Assembly: GCA_965240325.2 (NCBI GenBank)
Contig: OZ251223.1
Location: forward strand, 2,976,001 to 3,040,000
Reading direction: 5' to 3'
DNA: 64,000 nucleotides
From: Rebecca billardiae RCC1528
Lineage: Eukaryota > Protista > Haptophyta
The first letter of the stretch is position 1. Every line of letters starts with the position of its first letter. Made by a program: the position numbers and the translations under genes. The notes beneath the pieces were generated by a model. That model saw only the letters and a program-made list of their open reading frames with translations, ran no database searches and had not been told where the DNA came from. This document shows positions 45,229 through 56,011 of the stretch, piece by piece.

Positions 45229-45705
45229 GTGCCCCAAGTCTGCGTGGCCCAAGGGAGCCTCTTCTGACGCGCGTGTCGTGCGCGCGGGGTCGTGTTCTGG
45301 CTGAAGCCCCCAGCGGATCCTATTCCCAAATCTCAACCCTCTCTCGGACTGGCCGAGCCCGCAACGAGACCCGAGTGAGTGGCTGCCCGGTGCGACGAGC
45401 AATGCCGAATGCGATGGCACTGTGACTGAGTTCAGTGCGGCCCGGCACGCGGCCCGTAGTGCACGGGCTGCGCCTGCGGCTGCCCCAGGCCAGCGCTACG
45501 GGCAGCCGCAGGCTTTTGGCGTACGCAGTCGAGATCGTCACTCTGTCGCCAGTAGTAGATTCAGATTCTGAATAGAACTCTGCTCGACGGGCTCGACCGC
45601 GAAATAATCGCGAAAGTATTCAATAATATATATATATAAATATTGATCAGTGATGACTGTGGCATCTTATAATATTGCTGATGCTGCATGACCGATATTA
45701 CGGAT

Positions 45706-47940
45706 TTACGCACCCGCCGACGGTCGGAGCCCTGCGCGCAGAATAGCCGCAGCCTGTCTCGCGCCCTCCTCGGGCGAGGTCGAAGACATGGAGATTCCGG
45801 AGACAACGCGACAAACGTCGTGGTTGGCACCCACCGTCCAGCGCGCGCGCGTACATATCGCAATGTACGCGGAGAAGGTGTTCTGCCCGTTGCCTGGCCG
45901 CTCGCCAATCACGTGCACGGTTGCGCGCACGGACGAATCCGCGCTGCCCTCGCCCTCGCCCGACGCACTTGTGCCGAGCTTGTAGAGCTCGTGGCCCACC
46001 TGGTACCCGGCGCGCACGCGGCCGCGGTCGATCACGATGGTCGTGCCGTGCACGTCAACGTCGCACCTGCTGAGGCTGTCGCGCATTGTGCGCAGGAACG
46101 CGGTGCGCTGCGCGTCGTGTGCGACCGCGCGCGCATTGAGTCCGTCCGAGATGAGCACGGTCACGGCAGGGGGGCGGCCCAAGGCGGCGTACTCGAGCGC
46201 GTGCGCCCGGAGCGCCTTGAGCGAGTCCTCGTCCAGAGCCTCGCCGCGAGGGGGTGAGCGCAAGTACACCTCCCTGTCGGCTGCCTGCGAGCGCAGCACG
46301 AGCGCGCCGTCGGCCGCCAGCGCGGAGAGGAGCGGCTGCCCCAGCTCGGCGACCAGCGCTGCCTTGGCATCGTCGTAGTTGCGCAGCAGATCTGCGTGCA
46401 CGTGCGGAGGGGCGCTGAACGTGCCGTCGTGCCCGTGCCCAAGGTCCAGGCCGCGTGCCTGCAGCTTGGCGAGGATCGTCCGCGCCTCTGCGCGCAGCTC
46501 GGCGTCGGCACGCGCGTCACCCTTGGCGCGCCGGTACTGAGCGTACACATGCGCCGTGTCGCCAGCGTGCGCGCTCATGGTGCGGCCCGAGCCGTCGGCC
46601 GCCATCGCGCCCAGCCGCTCAAAGAAGGGGGACATCTCGTCGGAGACGCGCACGCCGTGCGCGTTGCGCAGCCGGGCGTGGTCACGGAAGCTCGTGGTGA
46701 TGTAGCTGAGCATGGGGTCCGACTTGCCCGCGACGGCCATCAGGTAGGCTGGCCCAGCCGGCATGACGGCGTCCATCACGGCGTCGAGCTCTGCGATCGA
46801 GACGCCCATGTGGTACGTGGAGCAGATGTCGAGGCCCATGGGCAGGCCGTGCAGCTTGCCCATCACCAGGTCCTCCAGGCACGCGCGGCGCAGCTGCTCC
46901 GCGTTGCAGAACACCTCCGGGCCGATGAACCCCGCGACATCGTTGACGATCGTCCAGTTGCCCGTGCGAACACGCAGCGCGCGCGCGAGGCCATACGAGC
47001 GTGCCTCGAGCGTGACCATGTCGACGCCCTCGGCGCACTTGTTGGTGAACTCGGAGCCCTGCCCGGTCTCAAAGTACTGGCGCCGGACGCGCGCGAGATG
47101 CTCGTGCAGCTTGCGCACGTCGACGGCGAAGGTGGCGTTGCACGACGCGGTGCCGCCGATCGATTGGAACGCGCACTCGACAGGGGCGGGCGGCTCGCCA
47201 TCTGTCGAGGCCGCGAGATCCTGCGCGCCAAGCTGGTCGTCGATGTGGCCGAGCACGCAGTACGTCGTCTTGTCCGTGAGCTCAAACGTGCGCACGACGT
47301 CCAGAAGCGTCCGCTCGAGCGCTGCGATATTGCGCCAGTCCGAGTCGACCGGGTTGACGCCGAGGACGACGTCGCCGCAGCCGTACGACAGCCCCTCGAG
47401 GACGGAGAACAGGATCTCCTCCGGGTCGTCCGTCGGCGAGTTGGGCTGGATGCGCGAGCCAAAGTAGCCGCGCGCGCCGAAGCTCGAGCCGGGCGGCGGG
47501 TTGTACACCTTCCCGCCGATGCGCACGAGCTCGGCGTCGTCGCACAGCTTGACGACGGCCGCTATCGCTTCGGAAGCGAGGCCGCCCATCATCGTGCGGA
47601 TCTCCTCGTCGGCCGCGCGAAGCAGGTGTGCCTTGAGCTCGTGCACTGTCCACGCGGCCGTCAGCTCTGCCGCACGCGGATCGATTGCAGCATCGAGCGC
47701 GTCGCTCACCTCGTCTTGGACAAAGACCCGCGAGCGCAGGTCGCCGACACGCAGCCGCTCCAGGCGCTCGCGCGCAGCACCAGCGGCCAGCTCCGATTCG
47801 GCAGCAAGGCCGATGGCCGCGTCGCCCTCCTTGAAGCGGTTGGCATTGCCAAACATGCGAAGAAGCTCATCTCGAGGCGGGAGCGCCATACCAATTGGAC
47901 CCTCTGCTCCGTCGCCGGGCGGCTGCGCGGCCATCGACAT
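45706..47940 (-). CDS. eutBC: Fused ethanolamine ammonia-lyase large+small subunit (AdoCbl-dependent)
   Basis: EutB: RIQPNSPTDDP, GCGDVVLGVNP, FQSIGG, YFETGQGS, TLEARSYG, GFIGPE, LEDLVMGKLHG, DPMLSY.TTSF.DH; EutC: DREVYLR.P..G, ISDGL, GRVRAG, IGERPG, SAYI. Confidence 0.93.
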   Translation of the reverse strand: MSMAAQPPGDGAEGPIGMALPPRDELLRMFGNANRFKEGDAAIGLAAESELAAGAARERLERLRVGDLRSRVFVQDEVSDALDAAIDPRAAELTAAWTVHELKAHLLRAADEEIRTMMGGLASEAIAAVVKLCDDAELVRIGGKVYNPPPGSSFGARGYFGSRIQPNSPTDDPEEILFSVLEGLSYGCGDVVLGVNPVDSDWRNIAALERTLLDVVRTFELTDKTTYCVLGHIDDQLGAQDLAASTDGEPPAPVECAFQSIGGTASCNATFAVDVRKLHEHLARVRRQYFETGQGSEFTNKCAEGVDMVTLEARSYGLARALRVRTGNWTIVNDVAGFIGPEVFCNAEQLRRACLEDLVMGKLHGLPMGLDICSTYHMGVSIAELDAVMDAVMPAGPAYLMAVAGKSDPMLSYITTSFRDHARLRNAHGVRVSDEMSPFFERLGAMAADGSGRTMSAHAGDTAHVYAQYRRAKGDARADAELRAEARTILAKLQARGLDLGHGHDGTFSAPPHVHADLLRNYDDAKAALVAELGQPLLSALAADGALVLRSQAADREVYLRSPPRGEALDEDSLKALRAHALEYAALGRPPAVTVLISDGLNARAVAHDAQRTAFLRTMRDSLSRCDVDVHGTTIVIDRGRVRAGYQVGHELYKLGTSASGEGEGSADSSVRATVHVIGERPGNGQNTFSAYIAICTRARWTVGANHDVCRVVSGISMSSTSPEEGARQAAAILRAGLRPSAGA

Positions 47941-48060
47941 CCCCGACCACCGCCTCGCCCGCGACGCCGCGCGCGCCACCTACTACTCCTCACGGTGAGG
48001 CTCGCTCGGACGGGGAAGGAAAATCACGATGGAGCCTCGAGCGTGAACCGAGTGCTCGCA

Positions 48061-49488
48061 ATGATGCTGCTCACGACAGCGGTCTTCTACGCGCTCGGCG
48101 TGACTTTGATGCAATGGCACACGCGTGATGTGGTGTCTGCTGAGCCGCGCTCGTTCAGCCGAGTCGTCCGCGCCATTTGCAAGCGTGGCGAGTACTGCGC
48201 AAACGGCGCGCTCTGCGAGCGACGGCTTGCAGAGATCCGTTCGGCATCCGTTGCCGCTGGGCTCACCGAAAGGCAGGCGCTGTCGATGCGCAAGCTCCTT
48301 CTGACCGAGCGTGCGTGCATGGCCACCGGTCGCGTGCGGACGCAGCCCCATCGCGCACTCGAGCTGTGTGCAGCATACGAGCGCGGCGAGTCGCTCGTTG
48401 ACCTGGCGCGCACAGCGGACATGCCACCAATCGCGCTCTTTCGCGTCGTGCTGCGCGAGCGGCATGCGAGCGACCTGAGCGTCAAGCAGTTCAAGCGTTT
48501 TGTCCAGCACGCACTGCGCCAGCCCGCGCAGGTCCTTCCCGAGCGCGACCAGCTCGAGCTCGCGCGTGCGTTCCCGGTCGACTGCGCCGCCTTCACGTCG
48601 GAGGACGACCTTTACGGCCAGCGCCGAGGGGCGTACCGGCTCGAGCGCGCCCTGCAGCATCACCTGACGGAGCACGGCGTGCGGTTTGTGACCGAGGACG
48701 AGCAGCGTGTCGCGCACGAGGCGTCGGGGGCCCCGGGCCCGCTTCTCTCCACGCCGGACATCCTGGCGAGCAGGCCGGTGCGCATCAACGGCCGGCGCGT
48801 GCACTGGCTGGACGCCAAGGCCTACTTTGGCCCAGCTGCCTTCACGAGGCAGGGGAAGCAGACCTTCCGCATGTGGCTGAAGAAGACGCGCGAGCAGGCG
48901 AAGCGGTACGACGAGCGCTTCGGTCCGGGCGCGATGGTCTTCGCCCTCGGCTACTGCACGCAGCTCGCCTCCCTTCTGCCGCAGACGCTGCTGCTCGACG
49001 CAGCGCCGGTCGGCGGCGCTGACGTCCTGGACCGGCCTGCCGACGTTGTTGTCGTGCAGCGGCCGGTGCAGCGGGCGCGACGGCGGGCGCCGCCCCGGAA
49101 AGGCGCCCCCACGCGCGAAAGCACAGCCGCCACTGGAGCATCGGCTGCTGCCTCCACGGAGAGCCCTCGGCCATCAGCAACAAGTGCCCGAGCCCATTTG
49201 CCCAACCACGTCCACGTGCCTGCGGTCACCCTCTCCCACTCCAGGAGAGCGGCCAATGCGAAAACGTCAACGGTCCCGGACATCCCTCCAACTGACCATG
49301 CTGATCCTCGTCGAGCAGGTGCGGCGGAGCGTGCTCAACGCTCTGACCTTCGTGTTGGGGGCACTCGTGACGACGACTCCTACGATGTCGTCGACGATGA
49401 TGCCGCGGGCCGCCGGGCCGCCGGGGCGGATGATGGGCATGCCAGCGGCAGCAGCCAGGCGTCAGACATTGACTACCGCCATCAATGA
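48061..49488 (+). CDS. CDIN1: CDAN1-interacting nuclease 1 (C15orf41)-like TPD-motif PD-(D/E)xK protein
   Basis: STPDIL..PVRINGRRVHWLDAKAYFG..QAKRYDERFGPGAMVFALGY; start may be Met 48109. Confidence 0.8.
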   Translation: MMLLTTAVFYALGVTLMQWHTRDVVSAEPRSFSRVVRAICKRGEYCANGALCERRLAEIRSASVAAGLTERQALSMRKLLLTERACMATGRVRTQPHRALELCAAYERGESLVDLARTADMPPIALFRVVLRERHASDLSVKQFKRFVQHALRQPAQVLPERDQLELARAFPVDCAAFTSEDDLYGQRRGAYRLERALQHHLTEHGVRFVTEDEQRVAHEASGAPGPLLSTPDILASRPVRINGRRVHWLDAKAYFGPAAFTRQGKQTFRMWLKKTREQAKRYDERFGPGAMVFALGYCTQLASLLPQTLLLDAAPVGGADVLDRPADVVVVQRPVQRARRRAPPRKGAPTRESTAATGASAAASTESPRPSATSARAHLPNHVHVPAVTLSHSRRAANAKTSTVPDIPPTDHADPRRAGAAERAQRSDLRVGGTRDDDSYDVVDDDAAGRRAAGADDGHASGSSQASDIDYRHQ

Positions 49489-50736
49489 TGACGATGACAA
49501 TAATATTAATAAATAAGGCGGCTGCGCAAGGCCTGCAGATCGACTGACGATGCCACCGACTCTTCGGAAATGTGGCGGATGATAATGTCGATAATAATGC
49601 GCTGCTGATGATGATTAAATTCGTCGAGACGATGACTCTGGATGATGACAATTACAATAATAATAATATAATTGGGAAGAATGACGCGTAGTCATTGTGA
49701 TGATGATATGACGTGTGATATGGCATTGACGTGGCAAATAACTGGCATCACGTTGGCGCCCCCCAATTCAGACGGGCGACGCGGCGGGGGAATATTGGGA
49801 ATAAATAATCATCAATAATGCGTATACATAAATGTCGGGATTTGAGCAACGAACGACAGCGGGCGCTGGCAGCGGCGTGGCGGTTGAGCTGCTGCCCGAG
49901 GTCGAGAGGGCGCCCGCGAGTCGTCAGTCACTGAGCAAGGTCGATTAAGGCTGATGGCTCGCTGACACTGCAGTGCTTCCATATCCGCCAAGAGGTCGAG
50001 GGTGGGCGGGCGGGCAAACGATGAAGCGTGCGGGTTGACGCGACAGCGGCGAGAGCAAGAGACCATTGCATGAGGGGCGACGCGGCGAAGACAGATGATG
50101 ACGTCGCGCCGCCGAACGATCAGGCGGGGAGCCGGGCCACACAGACAGCCAGCGACCTTACCGAGCAGAGGGGCTGCGGCGACTGCGGTGCACCTCCTGC
50201 AGCGGAGCGTGCACCCGGCAGTGCCCGATGCAGGCGATTCCCTTGCCCAGCTCGGCGCCTTCGTCGTGAGCAGCCCCATGGCGCCCCCGAGAGCGAAGCC
50301 TGATCGATCCGATGTGAGCGGTAACCAACCGAGTCCTGCAGGTGCGCCGCTGTGGGCCAGATTGGCAGCGCACCAGGACTCCTGCGCGCGGCGGTGCGCA
50401 CAGGACAACGCAGGAATGCCGTGCGAGCCGGATTCTTGGCGTCGCTCATAGACATTCAGTTATAGGTTCCCTATAACGCCACATATAGTGCCGCGGGATA
50501 TAACATGAATTAAATATATTATAACTACCGCTGCTGCTGATGCTGCAGCGGACTAGACCTAGTACTATGTATACCACTTCCACTGACGCCGATGATGGCC
50601 ATCAGCCGAGTCGTAGTGAGTCGTAGTATAAGTAGCTAGAGCAACTTGACAACGCCAAGAGCCGGCCTTCGGAGTCATCGTCTCCGTCGGCGCGGCGGCG
50701 GCGTTGATTGACAATCACAGACGATTGAGACGAAGA

Positions 50737-50769
<33 letters not shown>

Positions 50770-50827
50770 TGGGCCTTGATGGCGGGGTAGTCGCGCCGTC
50801 ATCGCCAGCCGATGAGCGCAGTGAGAG

Positions 50828-51907
50828 TCACATGCTGCCGCCGGTATTGCCGTGCAGCACAGCTACGGCAGGCCCCGCTGGGCGCCTGACGTTGGTGCCA
50901 TCCGCCGCATAGATTCCCCCCTTGACCGCAGTCGGCAGCTCGGGGACGCGCAGCTCGGCGAGCACCGCCTTGAGCCGGCCTACGTTTGCCTTGAGCTCGT
51001 CGAACCAGCTCGCCCAGCGCTCGATATCCACGGCAACTTCTGGCTCCTCGAGCACGAGTGATGGGTCGTCCTCCTCCTCCAGGCCGCGCAGCTCGAAGCC
51101 GAGCGCGCGAAGTAGCTGCAGCCCGCCCGTGCGCGACGCAACGTGCGCCTGCATTGTCGCGTTGCGGCACTTGATCGAGCGGAAAGCACTCTCCTCCGGG
51201 AAGCTGTGGATGTTGGACAGTAGCATGGTGACGTGCTGGCAGGCGTCGGCGTACTCGTCGCGCGAGCAGCTCGCGCGCAGCATCTCGAGAGCCGCCTCGA
51301 CGCTGATCGGAGCCTCGTCGTACACGGCGAGCACCTCGGTCGCCGCTGTGCTCGCAAGGGACGGCGCCACGACTGGGGCGATCTCGGCGCCAGCGTGCGC
51401 CACAATGCGCGACGCAGCGGCACTCGCTGCCGCCGCTTGCTCCTGCGCTCGGCGCGCGGCTTCGAGCTCGTCCGCCTGCTGCTGGGTCGCGCGCGCGCGC
51501 ATCGCCTCCGCCTCGGCCTGCTCGCGCTGCCGCTGCGCCTCTGCTTCGCGAGCTGCCTGAGCGGCTGCCTCTGCGCGCTTCGCCTCCTGATCGCTTACCC
51601 GCGCGCCATCGAGCGCGGGCTGCAGCGCCTCCCAGCGCTCGACGAGCGCGTCTAGATCTGCACACACCGTGAGGACGCGCTTGCGCATATTCTCGCCATA
51701 GATCGCGCGATCCGGATGCGTCTCGAGCGCGCGTGGCCGAAAAGTGCCATGCAGCCGCTCGACGAGTGTTGCGATGTCTGCTGCCGTGGGCTGCGCGAGC
51801 TCGAGCGCCCGCGAGTCGATCGGCGTCGATCGAAAGGCCGCTTCAAGGGCGTCGACAGCCTCGGTCGCGCGCGCGAGCGTGGCCGTCAGCTGCTTGAACT
51901 CACTCAT
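50828..51907 (-). CDS. Coiled-coil plus PUB-domain protein (p97/VCP cofactor-like)
   Basis: LLSNIHSFPEESAFRSIKCRNATMQAHV..GGLQLLRALGF is PUB-like. Confidence 0.8.
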   Translation of the reverse strand: MSEFKQLTATLARATEAVDALEAAFRSTPIDSRALELAQPTAADIATLVERLHGTFRPRALETHPDRAIYGENMRKRVLTVCADLDALVERWEALQPALDGARVSDQEAKRAEAAAQAAREAEAQRQREQAEAEAMRARATQQQADELEAARRAQEQAAAASAAASRIVAHAGAEIAPVVAPSLASTAATEVLAVYDEAPISVEAALEMLRASCSRDEYADACQHVTMLLSNIHSFPEESAFRSIKCRNATMQAHVASRTGGLQLLRALGFELRGLEEEDDPSLVLEEPEVAVDIERWASWFDELKANVGRLKAVLAELRVPELPTAVKGGIYAADGTNVRRPAGPAVAVLHGNTGGSM

Positions 51908-52392
51908 CACTCACTCACTCGCGACTTGTGCTCGCGAAGGCAGCCATCGTGGTGCTGCGTGCTACGACAATAAGTTCGCGACTGTCCACTATGGATCCGC
52001 ATCGTGCGTAAGAATTATAATGTCGTGAATGTAGTGTCCCTCAGCAGATGTTGTCTCGGTACTTACTACCATCGTGCCGTCGGACCGGTGCCCGCCCGCA
52101 ATCCTGTCCCTTGAGTCTGACTCGGTCACCCTGAACTCGGTCCGACATCATTGCCATCTCAGACTGACAGACATCAATAGACATCTTCGTCACGATCAGC
52201 CATTGGCGGTCGGACGCAGATGAGGCTGCTGCCTAATGACAACCGTTACACTTTACAGTACCGAGTGAGTGTTACAGACTACTACGACATAGCTGTAACG
52301 GCGTAAGTGACAACGTTATTATTTATCAACGTACTCGAGGCAGATCTCTGGCTCTGCCCGCAGCACTGGCGCCGACAGCGGCGACAGCCTGC

Positions 52393-55300
52393 TCACTTCC
52401 GCTTCTTTGTGGGCTTGGTGGTGAGCGCCATGTGCAAGCCCCGCCGCAGCATCGCGTGCTCGCGCAGGTCCTCTGCGACGCGCTCCTTGGTCGATTGCCA
52501 CTCGGCCGCAAACGCCGCTTGCTGCGCACGACGCGGGGCCAGCGGCGCGCGCGTGGGTTTGGGGCGAGCGTGAGCGCCGATTGTGGCGGGGATGGGGCGA
52601 GGCGCCACCGCCGGCGCGGCGCGGCCGCGTGGTGCGTTGCGCGGCGCACCTCCTGCCATGCGGTGGGCACGACGGGGACCATCTCGGTGCTCAGGGGGTT
52701 GAGCTCCGGGCCCTGCGCGGCGGCGGAGGTGCGCGCAGGGCAAAGGGGCGGTGCGCGCCACGCTTGAGCCAGCCGAGCCTCCATCGACCCGCCGGCGCAC
52801 GCAGCGCTGGCCGCGGCGGCCGCGCGGCGCACACCTGCAGCGTGATCTTGTCCGCGAGCGCGAGCAGCAGCCCCCTCACGGTCTCGTGCACCTCCTTGCG
52901 GTACGCCTCCTCGTTGGCCGAGAGGAAGCCGCCCGCGTCGGCGGCGCCCGGGCGCAGGACCGGCTCCCAGGGGCTGCTGTGCGCGAGCGCGTCCGGCCGC
53001 GGCGAGGGCGGCGGCGAGAAGGGCGTCGGGATGATGTACGCCATCGGCTGCTCGGCCTGCCCCGAGTGGTGCGACGACGCCATCGAGCGCACGGACGCGG
53101 CCGAGGTGATCGAGCGGCGCGACTTGTGCGGCGCGCGGCTCTCCTCGGGCTCGGGCTGGCTGCGCGCCCAGCTGAGCGCGGCTGCGGGCAGGTCGAGTGC
53201 GCGCGTGCCCACCCAGTCCACGTCGACGCGCGGGCCCGAGGGCGCGGCGCTCGAGCCGTCGGCCTCAGCGGCCTGCTCGCCCTCGTCCGCCGCCGCGGGC
53301 GCGTCCGCCGCGCGCTCGTGCGCCGCGCCGTCCGCGGCCGCGTCGTGGGCGGGCGGAGGCGGCGACTCGGCCGCCGCGTCCGCGTCGGCGCCCTCCGGCG
53401 GCGCGTCCGCTGCGTCCTCGTGCTCGTCGACCACGTGGATCGCCGTGCCGCCGCGCCCGCTCGGAGAGGCGTCCTGCTGCAGCACCGGCGGCGGCGAGGC
53501 GGAGCGCGAGCCGCGGCGCCCGCTGCCACTCCGCCACCGCCTGTGCGCCGCGTCTATCCCGACCGCCACCTCCTCGACCAGCTCGCACACGAGCGCGTGC
53601 ACGGCGGTATGGAAGGGCTCGGCCGCCTCGAGCGGCGCCGGCATGATCGCGCGCTCGTACACGGCGTCGAGCCGCTCGTTCAGCGAGATCTTCGTCGGGC
53701 CGAAGCCCGAGTCCGACGCCGGCTCCACGTGCGCGGCCACCGCGGCGTGCACAGCCAGCACGTCGCACTGCTCCGCCTCGGCCGCGCCGACCGCCTGTGC
53801 GACGTCCGCGAGCTCCACCGCCGCGTCGCGCGAGTAGGCGAGGCAGTGCGGCTGGTTGGCGCGGCCCCAGCGCTCGGAGCGCTCGCGCTCGGCGACGCCC
53901 ATCACGCCGCCGGCGTACGCGGGCGGCGGCGGCGGCGGCGGCGGGATCTGCGAGAGCACCGCACTCGAGATCAGGTCGACCACCATCTGTGACACCGCCG
54001 AGCGCTGCAGCGCCGAGTTGAGCGCGCGCCGCCGCTCGCCCAGCGCGTGCGTCGGCTCGGCGATCGCCGCGGTGAGCGTGAGCACCGGCCGGAGCGCGTC
54101 CGGCGTGACGAGGAGCTCGAACGCGGAGACGTACCGCCCGGGCGCGTCCGAGCGGAACGAGAATGCAAAGCGCACGCTCGCGCCCGGCTCGACGGAGCCC
54201 TGCGGCTGCGAGACGGCAAACAGAGAGCTCGCCTCGTGCGAGGGCAGACGCTCCGCGAGCTGCAGCAGCTCGGCGCGGCCGAGCCGGCGCCAGGTGAAGT
54301 GCACCGCGCTCTGCCCGCCGTTGGTCAGCGTGACGATCTCTGTGCATGTGCGCCCGACCGGCGCCTCGAGTGCCACACGCTCGTGCGACAGCTGCAGGCT
54401 CACCGTGCCGAAGCCCATCGAGTCAACGCTTGCGCCGCCCCAGCTGCCCGAGCGCGAGTAGCTCGCGTCCGCATCCACCGCGCCACCCGGCGCGCCCGTG
54501 GCGACGGGCTCGGCGCCGGCGAGGTGGGGCTGCGAGAAGGCAGGGCCAGATGTTGTCGGTCGCTCGGGCGAGCCGCCCACGTCCTCCATCACCGACTCGA
54601 GCGTGCCGCTCCGCGCCGCCGCGGCCGTGACAGGCGCGCGCAGCCCGCCGGGCGCGCTCACCGCTCGCGCCGCATCCGCGTCAGCCTCGCCCGCCGCCGC
54701 CCAATCGAGCGAGCCCCTGCTCTCCCCGCGCTCGCTCGACTTGGGCGGGCTCGCCTTCCGGATCGACGCGCTCGAGCCCAGCGGCCGCTTGTGCACGTAC
54801 AGCCCGTTCATCACGTTGCCGATCATGATGAGCTGCTCGCCGGCGCCGCGCAGTGCCATCTGCCACGAGTTCATCCCGGCCGCGTCCTCCTCGGAGATGC
54901 CCTGCCCGGCCTCGCGCTCGAGCATCTTCTCGCGGTGCTCGGCGACGCGGTCCATGAGCGACGTGTCGCCCGACTTGCCCGTCACGCGCATCAGGTGCTC
55001 CTTCTGCCGCTCCTGCTCGCGCTGCAGCAGGGCGGCGCGGTCGGTCGCGCGCTGCCGCTGCTCGACTGCGCGCTCCTCGGTCGTCAGCCACGCGCTGATT
55101 GTCACGGCGCGCCGGACGCCCTTCTTGCGCCACGCGCTCGGGACGGCGGAGGAGGGCGCGGCGTCGCTGAGCGCCCCGCCCATCTGGCTCGGGTCGAAGC
55201 TCGCGCCGAAGCCGTCGCCCAGCAGGCCGCCACCCGGCAGCGCCGCGGCATCCCCGGCCGCCTGCCGCCGCGCGCTCTCCTCCATGAACTCGCGCGTCGA

Positions 55301-55817
55301 GCCGAGGAGGGTGTGCGGCACGAGGGCCCCGTGCGCGTCGAAGCGTGGGCGTGTGGGGGCGCCGCTCACCAGGCCCTCGGGCAGCGGCTCGTCGGGCTCG
55401 GGATCGCCGCGATACGCCTGAGCGGCGCGGCGAGCGTGCGCGCAGACCGATGCGCGTGTGTTCGTCACGGACGGCGCACGGCGCGCGCGAGCGGGACGCG
55501 CGGCAGCGCGCGCACGCGAGGGCGAAGCGAAGAAAAGCCGCATGCGCGCGGCACGGGCCGCCACGCACCTGCTTGAGGTGCAGCTGCACGTTCGGCGCCG
55601 CCTCCGATTTGATCGTCTCACCAGGCTTGATGCGCCTCGCGACACGAATCGTGCGCGCCGAGCCCGTGGTTGTGGGCCGTTGCGCGCTCGGGTCGGCCCG
55701 CACGGCGATGGCAGGGAGTGCCGTGCCTGCATTGAACCGCACCTCCTGCGGCGGCCTGTGAGGCAAATGGCTCGTGCCCGGCCGCGGGACGAACCCTGGG
55801 CTCGGCACGGCAGACAT
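52393..55817 (-). CDS. MYCBPAP: MYCBP-associated protein-like (ciliary), 4 exons
   Basis: PHTLLGS, WQMALR..IGNVMNGLY, Ig-like LTNGGQSAVHFTW..GSVEPG..FSFRSDAPG; inferred introns 55418..55568, 52713..52834, 52522..52649. Confidence 0.7.
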
Positions 55818-56011
55818 GGCGCTTGCTGCCCGAATATGTCGGCGTAACGCCGTAACAGCCCAAACTTTTATCCCGGAAAACAATTTTCCTAGGTCTTCCG
55901 AGTTGTTGAGCACTGAGTTTTTCAGGATGATTAGATGATGCCGATATTTTGAAGAATTCAAACATCGATCGATGGCCGACGGCCCTGCGTGATACTCGCG
56001 CCACGCGAGCG

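Noticed and set aside
46396-48060. N-terminal half of the 1030-aa plus-strand ORF
   Set aside because: Antisense shadow of eutBC; only the part from ~48061 looks like a real protein.
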